Shown in pieces: positions 1 through 11,640 of a stretch of DNA of 58,932 bases. Origin of the DNA: Chiloscyllium plagiosum (lineage: Eukaryota). The translations under genes and the position numbers were made by a program. Each line of letters starts with the position of its first letter. The first letter of the stretch is position 1. The notes under the pieces were generated by a model, which was not told the origin of the DNA, did not search any database, and worked only from the letters and a program-made list of their open reading frames with translations. Location of the stretch: contig NC_057739.1 in NCBI RefSeq assembly GCF_004010195.1, positions 34,798,129 to 34,857,060 on the forward strand, read 5' to 3'.

Positions 1-348
1 GGGTAGGTTAGTAGACGGTAGTTGTATTGCAATTTGTGTTTTTTTATTATACTGGTATTTGTTATATTTTGAATAATTTTATATCTTTGTAAAGTCAAAA
101 GAAGTTATTTTTGCTAATAAATATATTTTTAAAAAAAACCAATAATTGATTCATGTCTGCCTGCATTTGCAATGAAGTATCAACCATGCATTATATGCAG
201 AGAAGCACTTCTTTTCGGTTCCTCTCCTAGCACATGCAAAGTGAGGGCAAATCCTGCCTGGCAGTGCTGGTATGTATCTGTGCTTTAAAAAAGCACTGGT
301 GCAGGAATCCTAGGACGTCCCAGCAGAAGGAAGTACTTCCTTCTCAGA

Positions 349-1344
349 ACACGGATTTATGAAGGGGAAATCATGCTTGACTAATCTTCTGAAATTTTTT
401 GAGGATGTAACTCTGAAGATGGACAAGGGAGATCCAGTGGTTGTAGTGTACCTGGACTTTCAGAAAGCTTTTGATAAAGTCCCACATAGGAGGTCAGTGA
501 GCAAAATTAGGGCGCATGGTAATGGGGGCAAAGTACTGTCTTGGATTGAAAATTGGTTGGCTGACAGGAAACAAAGAGTAGTGATAAACGGCTCCCTTTC
601 CCTGCCATATCTTATAAAAAAGGGATGTTGTGGGGTACCACAGGGATCAGTGCTTGGACCGCAGCTTTTTACAATATATATTAATGATATAGAAGATGGT
701 ATTAATAGTAACATTAGCAAATTTGCTGCCGATACAAAGCTGGGTAGCAGGGTGAAATGTGAGGAGGATGTTAGGAGATTACAGGGTGACCTGGACAGGT
801 TAGGTGAGTGGACAGATGCAGTTTAATGTGGATAAATGTATGGTTATCCACTTTGGTGGCAAGAACAGGAAGGCAGATTAGTACCTAAACGGAGTCAAGT
901 TAGGTAAAGGGGCAGTACAAAGAGATCTGGGTGTTCTTGTACACCAGTCAATGAAGGCAAGCATGCAGTTACAGCAGGTAGTGTATAAAGCTAATAGCAT
1001 GCTGGCCTTCATAACAAGAGGGATTGAGTATAGATGCAAAGAGGTTCTTCTGCAGCTGTACAGGNNNNNNNNNNNNNNNNNNNNNNNNNNNNNNNNNNNN
1101 NNNNNNNNNNNNNNNNNNNNNNNNNNNNNNNNNNNNNNNNNNNNNNNNNNNNNNNNNNNNNNNNNNNNNNNNNNNNNNNNNNNNNNNNNNNNNNNNNNNN
1201 NNNNNTCAAGGATAGTGGAATCAAGGGTTATGGAGATAAGGCAGGAACAAGATACTGATTGAGGATGATTAGCCATGATCATAATGAATGGTGGTGCAGG
1301 CTCGAAGGGCAGAATGGCCTACTCCTGCACCTATTGTCTATTGA
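349..1344 (+). mobile_element. CR1-type (HER1-like) LINE, 5'-truncated, decayed RT and 3' end; spans the N gap
   Basis: ORF 359-826 has CR1 RT motifs (GKSCLTNL, YLDFQKAFDKVPH, GVPQGSVLGP, INDI, KFAADTK); typical 3' UTR ggctcgaagggcagaatggcctactcctgc. Confidence 0.92.
1065..1205. other. Assembly gap (141 N)
   Basis: Run of N. Confidence 1.
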
Positions 1345-1574
1345 CAGAGTGAGAATTGCATGAGTGGGATGCATAGAGGTGAGTTGCAAAGGTAATGGTG
1401 TGAGTTGCAGAGAATATTGTAAGAAAACTCAATAGGGGTCACAGAGAAAAATCTTCCGTGAAACTTATCAAAATTGATACTTTGCTGATTTCTTGAAAAT
1501 TCAGTTCATTGTTTTAAGTAGCTAATGATAGGCACTTTCATCAAAGGTTAAATGCCAATCCTTCAAATGCCAAA

Positions 1575-2112
1575 TATTGGGCTGCTAAGTGGCAAGTAAC
1601 ATTTGCGCCTCACGAATCCCAGGAATTGACTAACTCTAATAAGACAGAATCTATCTCCCCATGACATTCAATGTCATTACCATGGTTGAATTCCTCACCA
1701 TCAGCATCCTGGGAGGAGAACCATTGACCAGAAACTAAGCTGGATCAGCAACATAGATACGGCAGCATGACTATAAATAGCAGGTCGGAGGCTAGGAATT
1801 CTGTGGTGAACAACCCACCTCCTAAGCCTTATTGCCTGTCAACAAGGCAAAAGTCAGGAGTATGATGTCTATTTGCTTGAATGAGTGCAGCACCAACATC
1901 AGCCAAGAAGCTCAACATCATTCTCCTCTAACACTGGGTCAAAATCCTGGGACAGCCATTCAAACAGCACTGTGGGTCATGCTTGCAGTTACATCACGTA
2001 GACTGCAGCATTTCAAGATGTCAGCTCACCACAACTTTCTCAAGGACAAGTATGGATGAACAATAAATGGGCCTAACCAGTTATACATGCGTTGTGTAAA
2101 TGACTGAAAAAA
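1575..2112 (+). mobile_element. Old CR1/L2-group LINE 3' fragment
   Basis: Decayed KAKVRS-type ORF2 C-terminus and 3' tail shared with copies at 9010-10445, 39400-40440, 47360-48450 and 57400-57960. Confidence 0.65.
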
Positions 2113-2850
2113 AAGCAAGTCTTTCTAAAGTCTAAACATCTTTATTTTGTGCATGCCAGTAAAATATGCCAGCATTGGTCTTCTTAACAAAACTTGTTCT
2201 TACATTATAAACAATAAGACAGCATGTATATTGCAGTAGATTGAATCAAATTTAATTGCTTTCTGTAGCAGACACATTGTATAAGCCTACTATTAAAGCT
2301 GTAAGTCGAGTGATTTCAGGAAATCCACTACACACCTGAATTCTAAGCAGCCATATAATGGGGCAAATCTGCACTTCTAAACAGTTAACATAATGATACA
2401 TTACTTTGTATATAGATCTACAATTCCTGCAAAGTATTGTGGGATCAGTACGAATAAATTGTTCAGCTTAACTGCATGATGTTCGATACAATGATTATTA
2501 AGTTTTAAAATGATTGGAGAATATTAATAAGCCATGTGGAAACAAAGCAAGATATTCTTTCTCCATTGTTTGTTGCATGCCTTGAAACAAACTAAAAAAT
2601 TATTCACAGACTAGACTGCCTGAATTGGTGCTCAGGCTGATACAAGTGGAAAGTATTTTTGCTAACCTCATGTCCTTTCAGACTTACCCGAAGACCGTTA
2701 GATTGTTCTCGAATATTTAAGTAATTCAGCTTCTACTAATCAGTTAAAATAGCCAAGCTGTGATATGAAACATTGGCCTGCAGGTTAGAACTCCAATTGC
2801 TTCACATCTTACGTAGTACCATAACTAGCACCAACATCTTACTTGCTAAC

Positions 2851-3418
2851 TGTGAGAGGTAATTTCGGTTTAAACTTTAAGATGTGCCTGGACCACAGAC
2901 TGATCTATAATAAAAGACAAAACTTTTGTTTCTTTTCTAACAACCATTTTATATACTCAAAAGTAGAGTAGTTTAAATTGTGCAGAATGCTGACAATTTG
3001 TGAGCGATAGTAAAAACAAGCAGGCTCTTGATTAATGAAGCCATTCACACAGCAGGGAAGGATGAGTCCTTGACTGATAAGACTCCAGGATGGGGGAACG
3101 ACTTGAGACATCTGTTTCAGATTAAAGCCTTTGACTGATAAGACTACAGGGTGAGAAAAACAACAAACTTTGGAGACTCTGGAGCCTTTTGTTGCAGACT
3201 TTGTGATAAAAATAATGATGTTTTTAAGAATGTGAACCTTATGGCTTGTTGGAGCCAAGGAGAGGAGGGACTTGTGCTATATATATTGGAGACTTTGTAA
3301 GCCTCAGCGCGCCTTTTCTTTAAGGGTGCCCGACTCTGCAGACTTGACTTGTTAATAAAACTTTGTTTTCCTGAATTTGTCTAGAGCGATTATTGAGAAG
3401 CGATTTTCGTTTCTAACA
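2851..3418 (+). mobile_element. Solo LTR (568 bp)
   Basis: TG...CA ends (TGTGAGA/TCTAACA), perfect 5-bp TSD CTAAC (2846-2850, 3419-3423), TATA-like 3278-3286, AATAAA 3354-3359. Confidence 0.8.
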
Positions 3419-5621
3419 CTAACCTAATTCAAGCATATTGTTGTAGCCAAATTTTTAATGCAGTTAAAAGGAAAATCTAAAAACTTTAAAAATTCTGAAA
3501 AGGTCAATGGCTAAAATTTCCACAGGAATATATTTTGTCAATCTACTGTAAACAGGCAAAAACCTCCAATAAATGGGCTGTAGATACAATTGATAAATGG
3601 GGTCCAAGACAGTTTCTTGATCCAATGTGTCATGAAAGTCAAGAGAGGCAATGCTCATTTCATTCCAGTAGTCATTAATGACCCAGACTTATGCTAAATA
3701 TGAAAGTTGTAGCATCTCTGGTAATGTCCAAACAATGACAAAATGTAACATGGGTAGAATTTTCCATTTTCCGTTAGTGTTTTGCCAAGTGAGATTTATG
3801 ACCGCTGTTCCACTATGACTTAGAATGGCTTTTTTCACATAATCTTCCACTCTTCACCTCACTACTTATGTAACTGGGTTATTGGGTGCGTTTTTTGAGG
3901 AATTTCATGGCTGGAGAGACAGAAATGTTTTCCACTACTGCAACTTTCTTGCATTCATGCCACTGGTAGTTTGAAGCATGCCTGTCTCCAGAACAACAGA
4001 ACTCACTATAACATCAATTCATCTCAAACTACTAACATTTCCTGAACTTTGGACTTCTTACTCTCATTGCAGACACTTTGCCATCTCTCCTGCTCATGCA
4101 CCACCACAAACTATTCTCCCATCATACTCATTCCCTTCTTTTTTCTATTGCATGGAAGATTGTCACGCACAATTGGATTAATGTTTCTACAGAACGCCAA
4201 CTTACCTACCGGTAGCCCTGGACTGTTTGCATAACTTCCAGGACTGACCATAGCCCAGTATCCAAACTGCAGTTATATGGATCCCCTGACTGATATCAAA
4301 GAAAATGCCTGGCTGACCATGGTCAACCTCCTAAATTGAAAAGGACAGGTCCCTCTACTGACAATAGGCCCACTTCGCTCACTAAGAATTGCTTCCTTTT
4401 GACTTTCATGGCTATTTGCTTACTGTAGGCAAACATGCTGTGGATGGACGTTGACATCGCACTGTGATGTACAAAGACAAGTGCATCTCTTAACGTTCAG
4501 TGTTCCTTACCATAGTAAGATCCCTGCTTTACTCTCTGTGCTAAAAAGCGATGCAAGCCACAGATTTCTCTCAGCTCCAAAGTAAAGTGTTGAAAGGCTG
4601 AAATGGGTGTGTCAGTTTGTACAAAAGTAGGTACAATGATGTGGTGAGACTTGTCGTTTGCCATTGACAACCTTTACAGATGAAAAATTGAGCAAGACGG
4701 TGGTTTTAGAACTCACAGGAACATGGTTGTGGAAGGCCAGGTCAAAGCATTTGGCAAGCTGCAGTTGGCAGGTGCCTGCTCTGATTTGCAGGTTGTGAAT
4801 TTGCACTGTCTAATTTCTTGAGGAAGAAGAGAAGAATTAGAAATGGGACATAAAGAAGGAGAGTTAGAGCTTTAATGTGGTGCAAATTCATAGAAATAAA
4901 GTGGTCTCTGCTCAATAATGAGATTCTGAAGTCATGAGACAGAGATTGTAACGATTGTCTCAATGTGAGACTCTGAAATTTTCATTCCTGCCATATTTTC
5001 CCACCTTTCTCACCTTTACTCACACTGCAGTAGGATGAAAACTCTCCGCCTTCCATCTGGCAATCACAAATGCAGATCATTTTTAAAAGGAGTAAATCTG
5101 ATGAAGTAAGAATCAATTCAGTTAAATCAACTAGGGAAGGTGTTTTATTACACTTCTGTAGAAGTTGGGTTAATTATCTTTGAAGATGCAATGGAGAGCA
5201 TTAATTAATAAGTGAAAAGTGAGATAAACCAAGAAGATGGGCTGTATAAATCCTGAAGGGTGGAAGGGCTCATTGGAATGAAATATGCTAACTGAGAGAT
5301 CAGAATGACAACAAGAAACCCAGAGAAAGATGTGGCAGCTAAAATTCAAGCATAACAGTAGAAAACAATACTGCATCTAGAGGGCAGTTAAAGAGGTAGA
5401 AAGTATAAAATGAGACCAGCAGACTTGAAATTGAGGAAAACTGTATGTATTCAAAATGACCACTTCCTCAAAGTATTCACAAGCGGAGACATCTAGAACA
5501 TGCTCTCTTTAGACAAAGAATTCCAGACTGCAAATAAGATCTGTATATTTGTATTCAAGTACATGGTTCTGAGTTATAAAGAAAGCTTTTCAACTAACAC
5601 CCAAAGTTTTGGAGTTTTCAT

Positions 5622-7144
5622 TCCAAAAAATGAAACCTGATGAATGCAACACACCCCGCTTCTACAGATTACCTAAGGTACACAAACCAGGAATCCCCCT
5701 GAGACCCATAGTCTCACTCCCTTGCACACCAACATACAGACTAGCAAAGGAACTCCACTGAAAACTGAAATATCTAGTAGAAGATTCATGCCACTCCACC
5801 CAAGAATTCCTGAACATCATCAAAGACACCAAGAAAAAAGAGGACGAAATAATGGTCTCCTTTGACATAACAGCCTTATTCACATCAATTAATGTCAACC
5901 TCACCAAAGAAACACTAGACAAACACCAACAGAACCAACTTCATCGGCAAGGACAACATCGTCAAGCTAGTAGATCTGTGCCTCATGAACCACTTCACCT
6001 TCAATGACAAGATCTACAAACAAATCAATGGTACACCCATGAGATCACCATGATGCAGACTTGAACGAACTGCCCTCCCCTCGAACCAACACAAATTTTC
6101 GGTCCGCTATGTGGGTAACACCTTTGTCATCACGAAAGGGAACAAATTAAAGGAAACCTACAACATCATCAACAACATCCTTACTGGCATAAATTTCACA
6201 AAAGAGGAGGAGAACAACAACAGACTCCCCTTCCTCGATGTCACAGTGAAACGAATGGAGAACTGCAGACTAGAATCTCCAGGAAAGCAACACACACAGA
6301 CCAGTTACTTAACTATAGAAGCAATCATCCCAACACCCACAAATGAAGCTGCATCAGGACATTATTTAAACAAGCCACAACACACTGCAGGAACTACGAG
6401 CAGCAGAAGAAAAATACCTATACAGCGTATTCAAGAAAAACGGGTAGCCAAAAAACACAGCCCGCTGATTCTTAAAAAACAAACCCAAACAACTTGACAC
6501 AATACGCCCAGAAACTCTAGCCACACTACCATACATCAAAGACATCTCAGAGTTGATTACCAGACAACTCCAACTCCTTGGCATCATGGTAGCCCACAAA
6601 CCTATCAACACACTGAAACAGTTATTGATGAACCTAAAGGACCCTATATCAACAACCAGTAAAACGGATGTCATGCAAGGACTGTAACAAACACTACATC
6701 GGACAGACAGGCAGAAAACTAGCCACCAGGATACACGAACACCAACTAGCCATCGAAAGGCATGACCCACTATCACTAGTAATCTTACATACAGACAAAG
6801 AAGGACACCACTTCGGCTGGGACAACACATCCATCCTCGGACAGGCTAAACAGAGACACGCATGGGAATTCCTAGAGGCCTGGCATTCAACTGGAACTTC
6901 ACCAATAAACACATCAATCTGGACCCCAATTACCAACCTCTGAGAAAAAGAACCGGAAATTATATCATCCACCTTAAGAGACCAAGACACATAAATAGAA
7001 AGCAGGACTGAACACCAGCGCTTCACGGTTGGCTCACTGATGATGTTACCTAGCACGGTTACAAAATGTTTGAAAACAAACCTGACAGTTCAGTGAGAAA
7101 ACTTAAAACCTGAATCTCAACCTGAGCTACAAATCTTCTCAAAA
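5622..7144 (+). mobile_element. Penelope-like element (Penelope/Poseidon type), decayed RT plus GIY-YIG endonuclease
   Basis: YRLPKVHKPGIPLRPIVS, LPFLDV and CKDCNKHYIGQTGRKLATRIHEH motifs; degenerate hammerhead CTGATGA near 7037; 3' end matches 54480-54685. Confidence 0.9.
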
Positions 7145-7492
7145 GAGACTGCTTATTACAAGGGTTGGGAAATTAGGATTTCTGATGTAACAGATCATGT
7201 GGCTACTTTCACCATTTTTTTGTGATTAGTGTTAAAAAGATCACTAAAGGCTTTGTGAACAAATTAGGAATTTATGACTTTGCTTAAAATCAAAATTTAC
7301 TTGTTCATTTGTATAAGAGTGAATTTATTTATTATTGAGAAATTCTCTCTCTAAAGATGCCAAAATCTTATTGTTTAAGAAATAGCAAATCTAAAATATG
7401 GAAAGGAGGACAAAATGGAGAATATTCAAAATCCTGAAGTCATGATGATAACATTGAGCCTATCCTCCTGTGATCTGCATTCAGTTACAAAA

Positions 7493-7714
7493 GGGGAGAA
7501 AGTGAGGACTGCAGATGCTGGAGATCAGAGCTGAAAATGTGTTGCTGGAAAAGCGCAGCAGGTCAGGCAGCATCCAAGGAGCAGGAGAATCGACGTTTTG
7601 GGCATAAGCCCTTCTTCAGACCATTCCTGAAGAAGGGCTCATGCCCGAAACGTCGATTCTCCTGCTCCTTGGATGCTGCCTGACCTGCTGCGCTTTTCCA
7701 GCAAAACATTTTCA
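7493..7714. mobile_element. PLE-derived palindromic mini-element with hammerhead ribozyme
   Basis: 88-bp inverted arms 7532-7619/7627-7714 (about 3 mismatches); 14-bp TSD ATTCAGTTACAAAA (7479-7492, 7715-7728). Confidence 0.88.
7622..7660 (+). ncRNA. Minimal type I hammerhead ribozyme motif (intact core)
   Basis: CTGAAGA-A-GGGC(TCAT)GCCC-GAAAC-GTC; predicted cleavage after C7654. Confidence 0.7.
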
Positions 7715-7776
7715 ATTCAGTTACAAAACCAAGGATAGTGCAAAAGTATTCCCTACTTAGGATTTGAAGAATTAAT

Positions 7777-8070
7777 GGTTACTGAGACTTTGCTGAAACG
7801 TTTTGAGTCTTAATTTCTTGTGTACTACATTATTAACAAGTTAACTATTCAATTATTCTTGGGGTTGCTTACACGTGAGTTGGTGTCAGTTCCAATCTAG
7901 AGGAATTTATTTTATTACAAGAATGAAAGGTTACCAGGACTTTGCTGAAACCTTTTGAGTCTTTTTTTTTTGTGTACTACATAATTAAATAATAAACTGT
8001 TCAATTTTTGTTGAGGTTGCTTGCACTTATGTTGACTTGATGTCAGATCAAATCCTTATTTTATTATGGT
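7777..8070. repeat. Diverged two-copy tandem duplication, period about 152 bp
   Basis: ggttac..gactttgctgaaac.ttttgagtctt...tgtgtactacat starts at 7777 and again at 7929. Confidence 0.8.
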
Positions 8071-8089
8071 ATTTATATTTTTACAGTAT

Positions 8090-9000
8090 GCTGAAAGGGG
8101 AAAATTGGCTATGGTGCATTGGGAAACTATGTTAAAGGGTATGACAGGAGCCAACCAATGGCTAACATTTAAAGAACTAATACTTAGTATGTAACAAAAG
8201 TACAATTCATTTAATTCAAAGAAAATTCAGCAAGAAAAGTGTTCCAATTGTGGCTAACAAAAGAAATCAAGGATTGTATCAGATCAATGGAAAAGTTTAA
8301 ATAAAGTTGCTCAAAAAAGTAAGATTAGATTACATTACAGTGTGGAAACAGGCCCTTCGGCCCAACAAGACCACACCGACCCGCCGAAGCGCAATCCACC
8401 CATACCTCTACATTTACCCCTTACCTAACATTACGGGCAATTTAGCTTGGCCAATTCACCTTACCTGCACATCTTTGGACTGTGGGAGGAAACCAGAGCA
8501 CCCGGAGGAAACCCATGCAGACACGGGGAGAACGTGCAAACTCCACACAGTTAGTCGCCTGAGGCGGGAATTGAACCCGGGTCTCTGGCGCTGTGAGGCA
8601 GCAGTGCTAACCACTGTGCCACCATGCCGCCCACAGTCAGGATGTTTTTAGAATTCTGAAAAGAAAGACCAAATTAAAACTATCAAAAGGAAGAGAGAAT
8701 AAGAGTAAACCAGCTAGAAATATAAAAACGATGTATATAAGTTTCTATAGTTATGATGAAAAGGTACAGATTAGCAAAACAAACATGGATCAGGAGACCT
8801 TATAATAGGGAATAAAGAAACAGCAGCTAATACTTTGTGTTAGTTCTTATACAGGAAGATATGATTTTAAAAACTCCTAGAAATAATGTAGAATTTAGAG
8901 ATTGAGTGGAAATGAGGACTTGTTAGATATTAATATTGGTAGACAGGTGGTACTAGAGAAATTATTGAGACGTAAAGTGGATAAATCGCCTGGACCCGAT
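8090..9000 (+). mobile_element. Old CR1-like LINE fragment interrupted by an HE1 SINE
   Basis: Decayed ORF2-like sequence ending in the DKSPGPDG motif (gataaatcgcctggacccgatgg). Confidence 0.6.
8322..8634 (-). mobile_element. HE1-type tRNA-derived V-SINE, full length
   Basis: Reverse complement of the 50479-50815 copy; A/B boxes, V-domain, CR1-type tail with TAATC repeats. Confidence 0.92.
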
Positions 9001-9009
9001 GGTTTTCTT

Positions 9010-10445
9010 TTTTATTCATTCAAGGACGTGCTTGTTGCTGGCAAGGCCAGCATTTATTGCCCATTCTAAGTGTCCTTGAGAAAGTGCTGATGAATCACTC
9101 CTGGGATAGCCTCAGTTCATTTGGTATAGGTATAGCCTTAGTGTTATCAAGGCAGGAGTTCAAGGAACAGTGAAATTGTTCTAAGTCACATTGGTGTATG
9201 GCTTGGAGGAAACTTGGAGGTGGTGATTTTCCCATATATTTGCTGCCCTTGTCCTTCTCGGTGGTAGAGATTAGAGGTTTTGAAGGTGCTTTCTATGGAT
9301 CCTTGGTGAATTGTTGCAGTGCATCCTGGAGATACTGTTTTCTCTGAACAGTGGTGCAAGGAGTATTCCATTACACTCCTAACTTATATCTTGTAGAATC
9401 TGAACAAATTTTGAAGAAATAGAAAGTGAATTATTCACCACTGAATTCCTAGTGTCTATCTAGTCTTTGTAACAATAAGAGCTATATTGCTGGTCTAGTT
9501 CAGTTTCTGGTCAATGGTAAGGATATTAATAGTGGAGGATTCGTATCTTTGTATAATTCAGAGATGGCAATTGATTGAATGTCAAGGGCCAATGGTTGGA
9601 TTCTCCATTTTTGGAGATGATCATTGTTTGATATTTGTGTGGCCTGAAAAGCTGCTTATCACTCCAAATCTAAATATTATCCAGCTTTTGTTAAATCTGG
9701 ACAGGGACTGCTTCAGTATCTGAGGAGTTGTGAATTGTGATGAACATTGTGCAATTATTAGAGAAGTTCCCCACTTCTGACATTATGATAAAGGGAAGAT
9801 CATTAACGAAGCAGCTGAAGATGGTTGGGCCTAGGGAACTATTCTGAGGAAATCATGTAGTGATGTCCTGTGCCTGAGATGACTGGCCTCCAACAATCAG
9901 AATCATCTTCCTCTGTGCTAGGCATGACTCCATCCAGTGGAGCGCTTTCCTCTGATTCCAAGTAATTCCAGTTTTGCTTCAGCTCCTTGATGCCATACTT
10001 GGTTAAATGCTACCTGATGCCCTAATTTCCCTTTCTCCATTCAGCATTTTTGTCCTTATTTGGACTGAGGCAATAGTGAGGTCAGGATCTGCATGGCCAT
10101 GGGTGCCCCTAAATGAGTGTCAGTTAGCAGATTATTGCTAAGCAAGTGCTGGATAGCATTGTTAACCAACTCTTCCATCATTTCACTGATGATCGAGAAT
10201 GGGGCAAGAATTGGTTGGGTTAGATTCGTTCTGCTTTTTGTGGACAGGTCATACCTTTTGAAATTTTCTGCATGAGGAGATGTCAGTGTTGTAACTGTAC
10301 TGGTACAGCTTGGCTGGGATGCACTTATTTTGGAGTATAAACCTTCAATTTTATTGTTAGGACCCATTGCCTTTACAGTATCCAGTGCCTTCAGCCCTTT
10401 CTTGATGTCATGCAGAGTGAATTGATTTGGCTACAGACTGGCATT
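9010..10445 (-). mobile_element. Old CR1/L2-group LINE fragment
   Basis: 3' tail ggccagcatttattgccc and decayed RT region; similar to 39400-40440. Confidence 0.7.
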
Positions 10446-11049
10446 TTGAATGGCATCATGATTGCAGCTACCTTCTTTCAATATTGAGATCAAGTGAGTC
10501 CATGTAATTTTCCAAAAATTACTTATAGCATTGAAAGAAATCACTTGGCCCAACTGGGCTACTTATGCACTACATGAGTGTCCTTTTTATTTCACCCTTT
10601 CATTATTCATTATAGGTAGAGACATGGTAATGTAAATTTTACATGCATTCTTTTAAGTAACTTAAAAAGAAACTTACTCAGCAGGAAATTGAGATATAAT
10701 TAGAATACACTAGTGAGAAAGACATAGTACCTGTCAGAGTTGATTACCATTTGATAATCAAGTCTACCTTTCAAGCTGCATAACCTCTGCAAATCCTATT
10801 GCATACCAGCCATTTTATTAGATTGTAATTTGTGTAGGCAATGAAAAACGTAGAGACCTTAACATTTCAACAACCATATGAATGTTTTGTAATATACACC
10901 ACTTGTTTTTCAGTCTTATTGTGGAGAGAATTAATTTTATTATAGGGTAAGGCAATCCCTGATCTTAGCTGTAGCACCAGTGCCATCCAGTGAAAAAATA
11001 AAGAATCTGCTCCCTACTACTCTAATTCCTACAGCATTGTAACCAAGTT

Positions 11050-11640
11050 CTAAAATAAAACAAAGAACTGTGGATGCTGGAAGTCCAAAACAAAAACAAA
11101 AATTGCTGGAGAAAGTCAGCAGGTCTGGCAGTGTCTGTGGAGAAAAAACAATTAACATTTCAGGTCTGGTGACCCTTCTTGAGAACTGATAGTAGCTGGT
11201 AAACTTTAGAACTGATAGGAAAAGCTGGTATAGACCCCAGAGGGACAGAAAAGAAAATCAGGCAGACAAAGGGATTAATAATAGTAAGCCATAGTGAAAG
11301 AAGATATGTTAATGGGGACCATAAGTACGTGAAAAACGGGTTGGCTGTGGTGAAAGCAGCCCATATGATGAGGGCATAGGGTATGGTGTTGTGTGAAAGC
11401 TTTCATGTCCTAACATTATTGAACTTTATTATTAACTTTTGAAGGCCACATGATTCCCAAGCAGAAAATGAGATGCTGTTCATCCAACTTACACCAGGGC
11501 AGGCCAAAGACAGAAATGTTGGTGAGGGAACACAATGTTGTGTTGAAGTAGGAGACTGGAAATGCGGGGTCATTTTTGCAGACAGATGTAAGGGTTCGGC
11601 AAAGTGGATGCCCAGTCTGGGTTTCATCTCCCCAATGTGA
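11050..11640 (-). mobile_element. Old Penelope-like element 3' fragment
   Basis: gatgctgg...agcaggtctggcag end motif; decayed GIY-YIG C-terminus (EQHLIFCLG). Confidence 0.65.

Noticed and set aside
4206-4330. - strand segment with good splice signals (cttttcaatttag / TAG|GTAAG) and an open frame, candidate CFAP77 exon 2
   Set aside because: Translation EVDHGQPGIFFDISQG... does not resemble the expected AELGKPR..LPG..YG..GGVPEA; at most a cryptic exon
7493-7714. Palindromes as DNA-transposon MITEs or miRNA precursors
   Set aside because: Arms are asymmetric, breakpoints vary between copies, TSDs are long and the sequence matches PLE ends; no evidence for miRNA processing
8307-8651. Paired ORFs WKQALRPNK... 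here and at 50453-50773
   Set aside because: Antisense readings of HE1 SINE copies, not genes
10940-11158. - strand ORF containing ELG and LDG, candidate CFAP77 exon
   Set aside because: Only chance tripeptide matches; starts within a PLE end; no fitting donor
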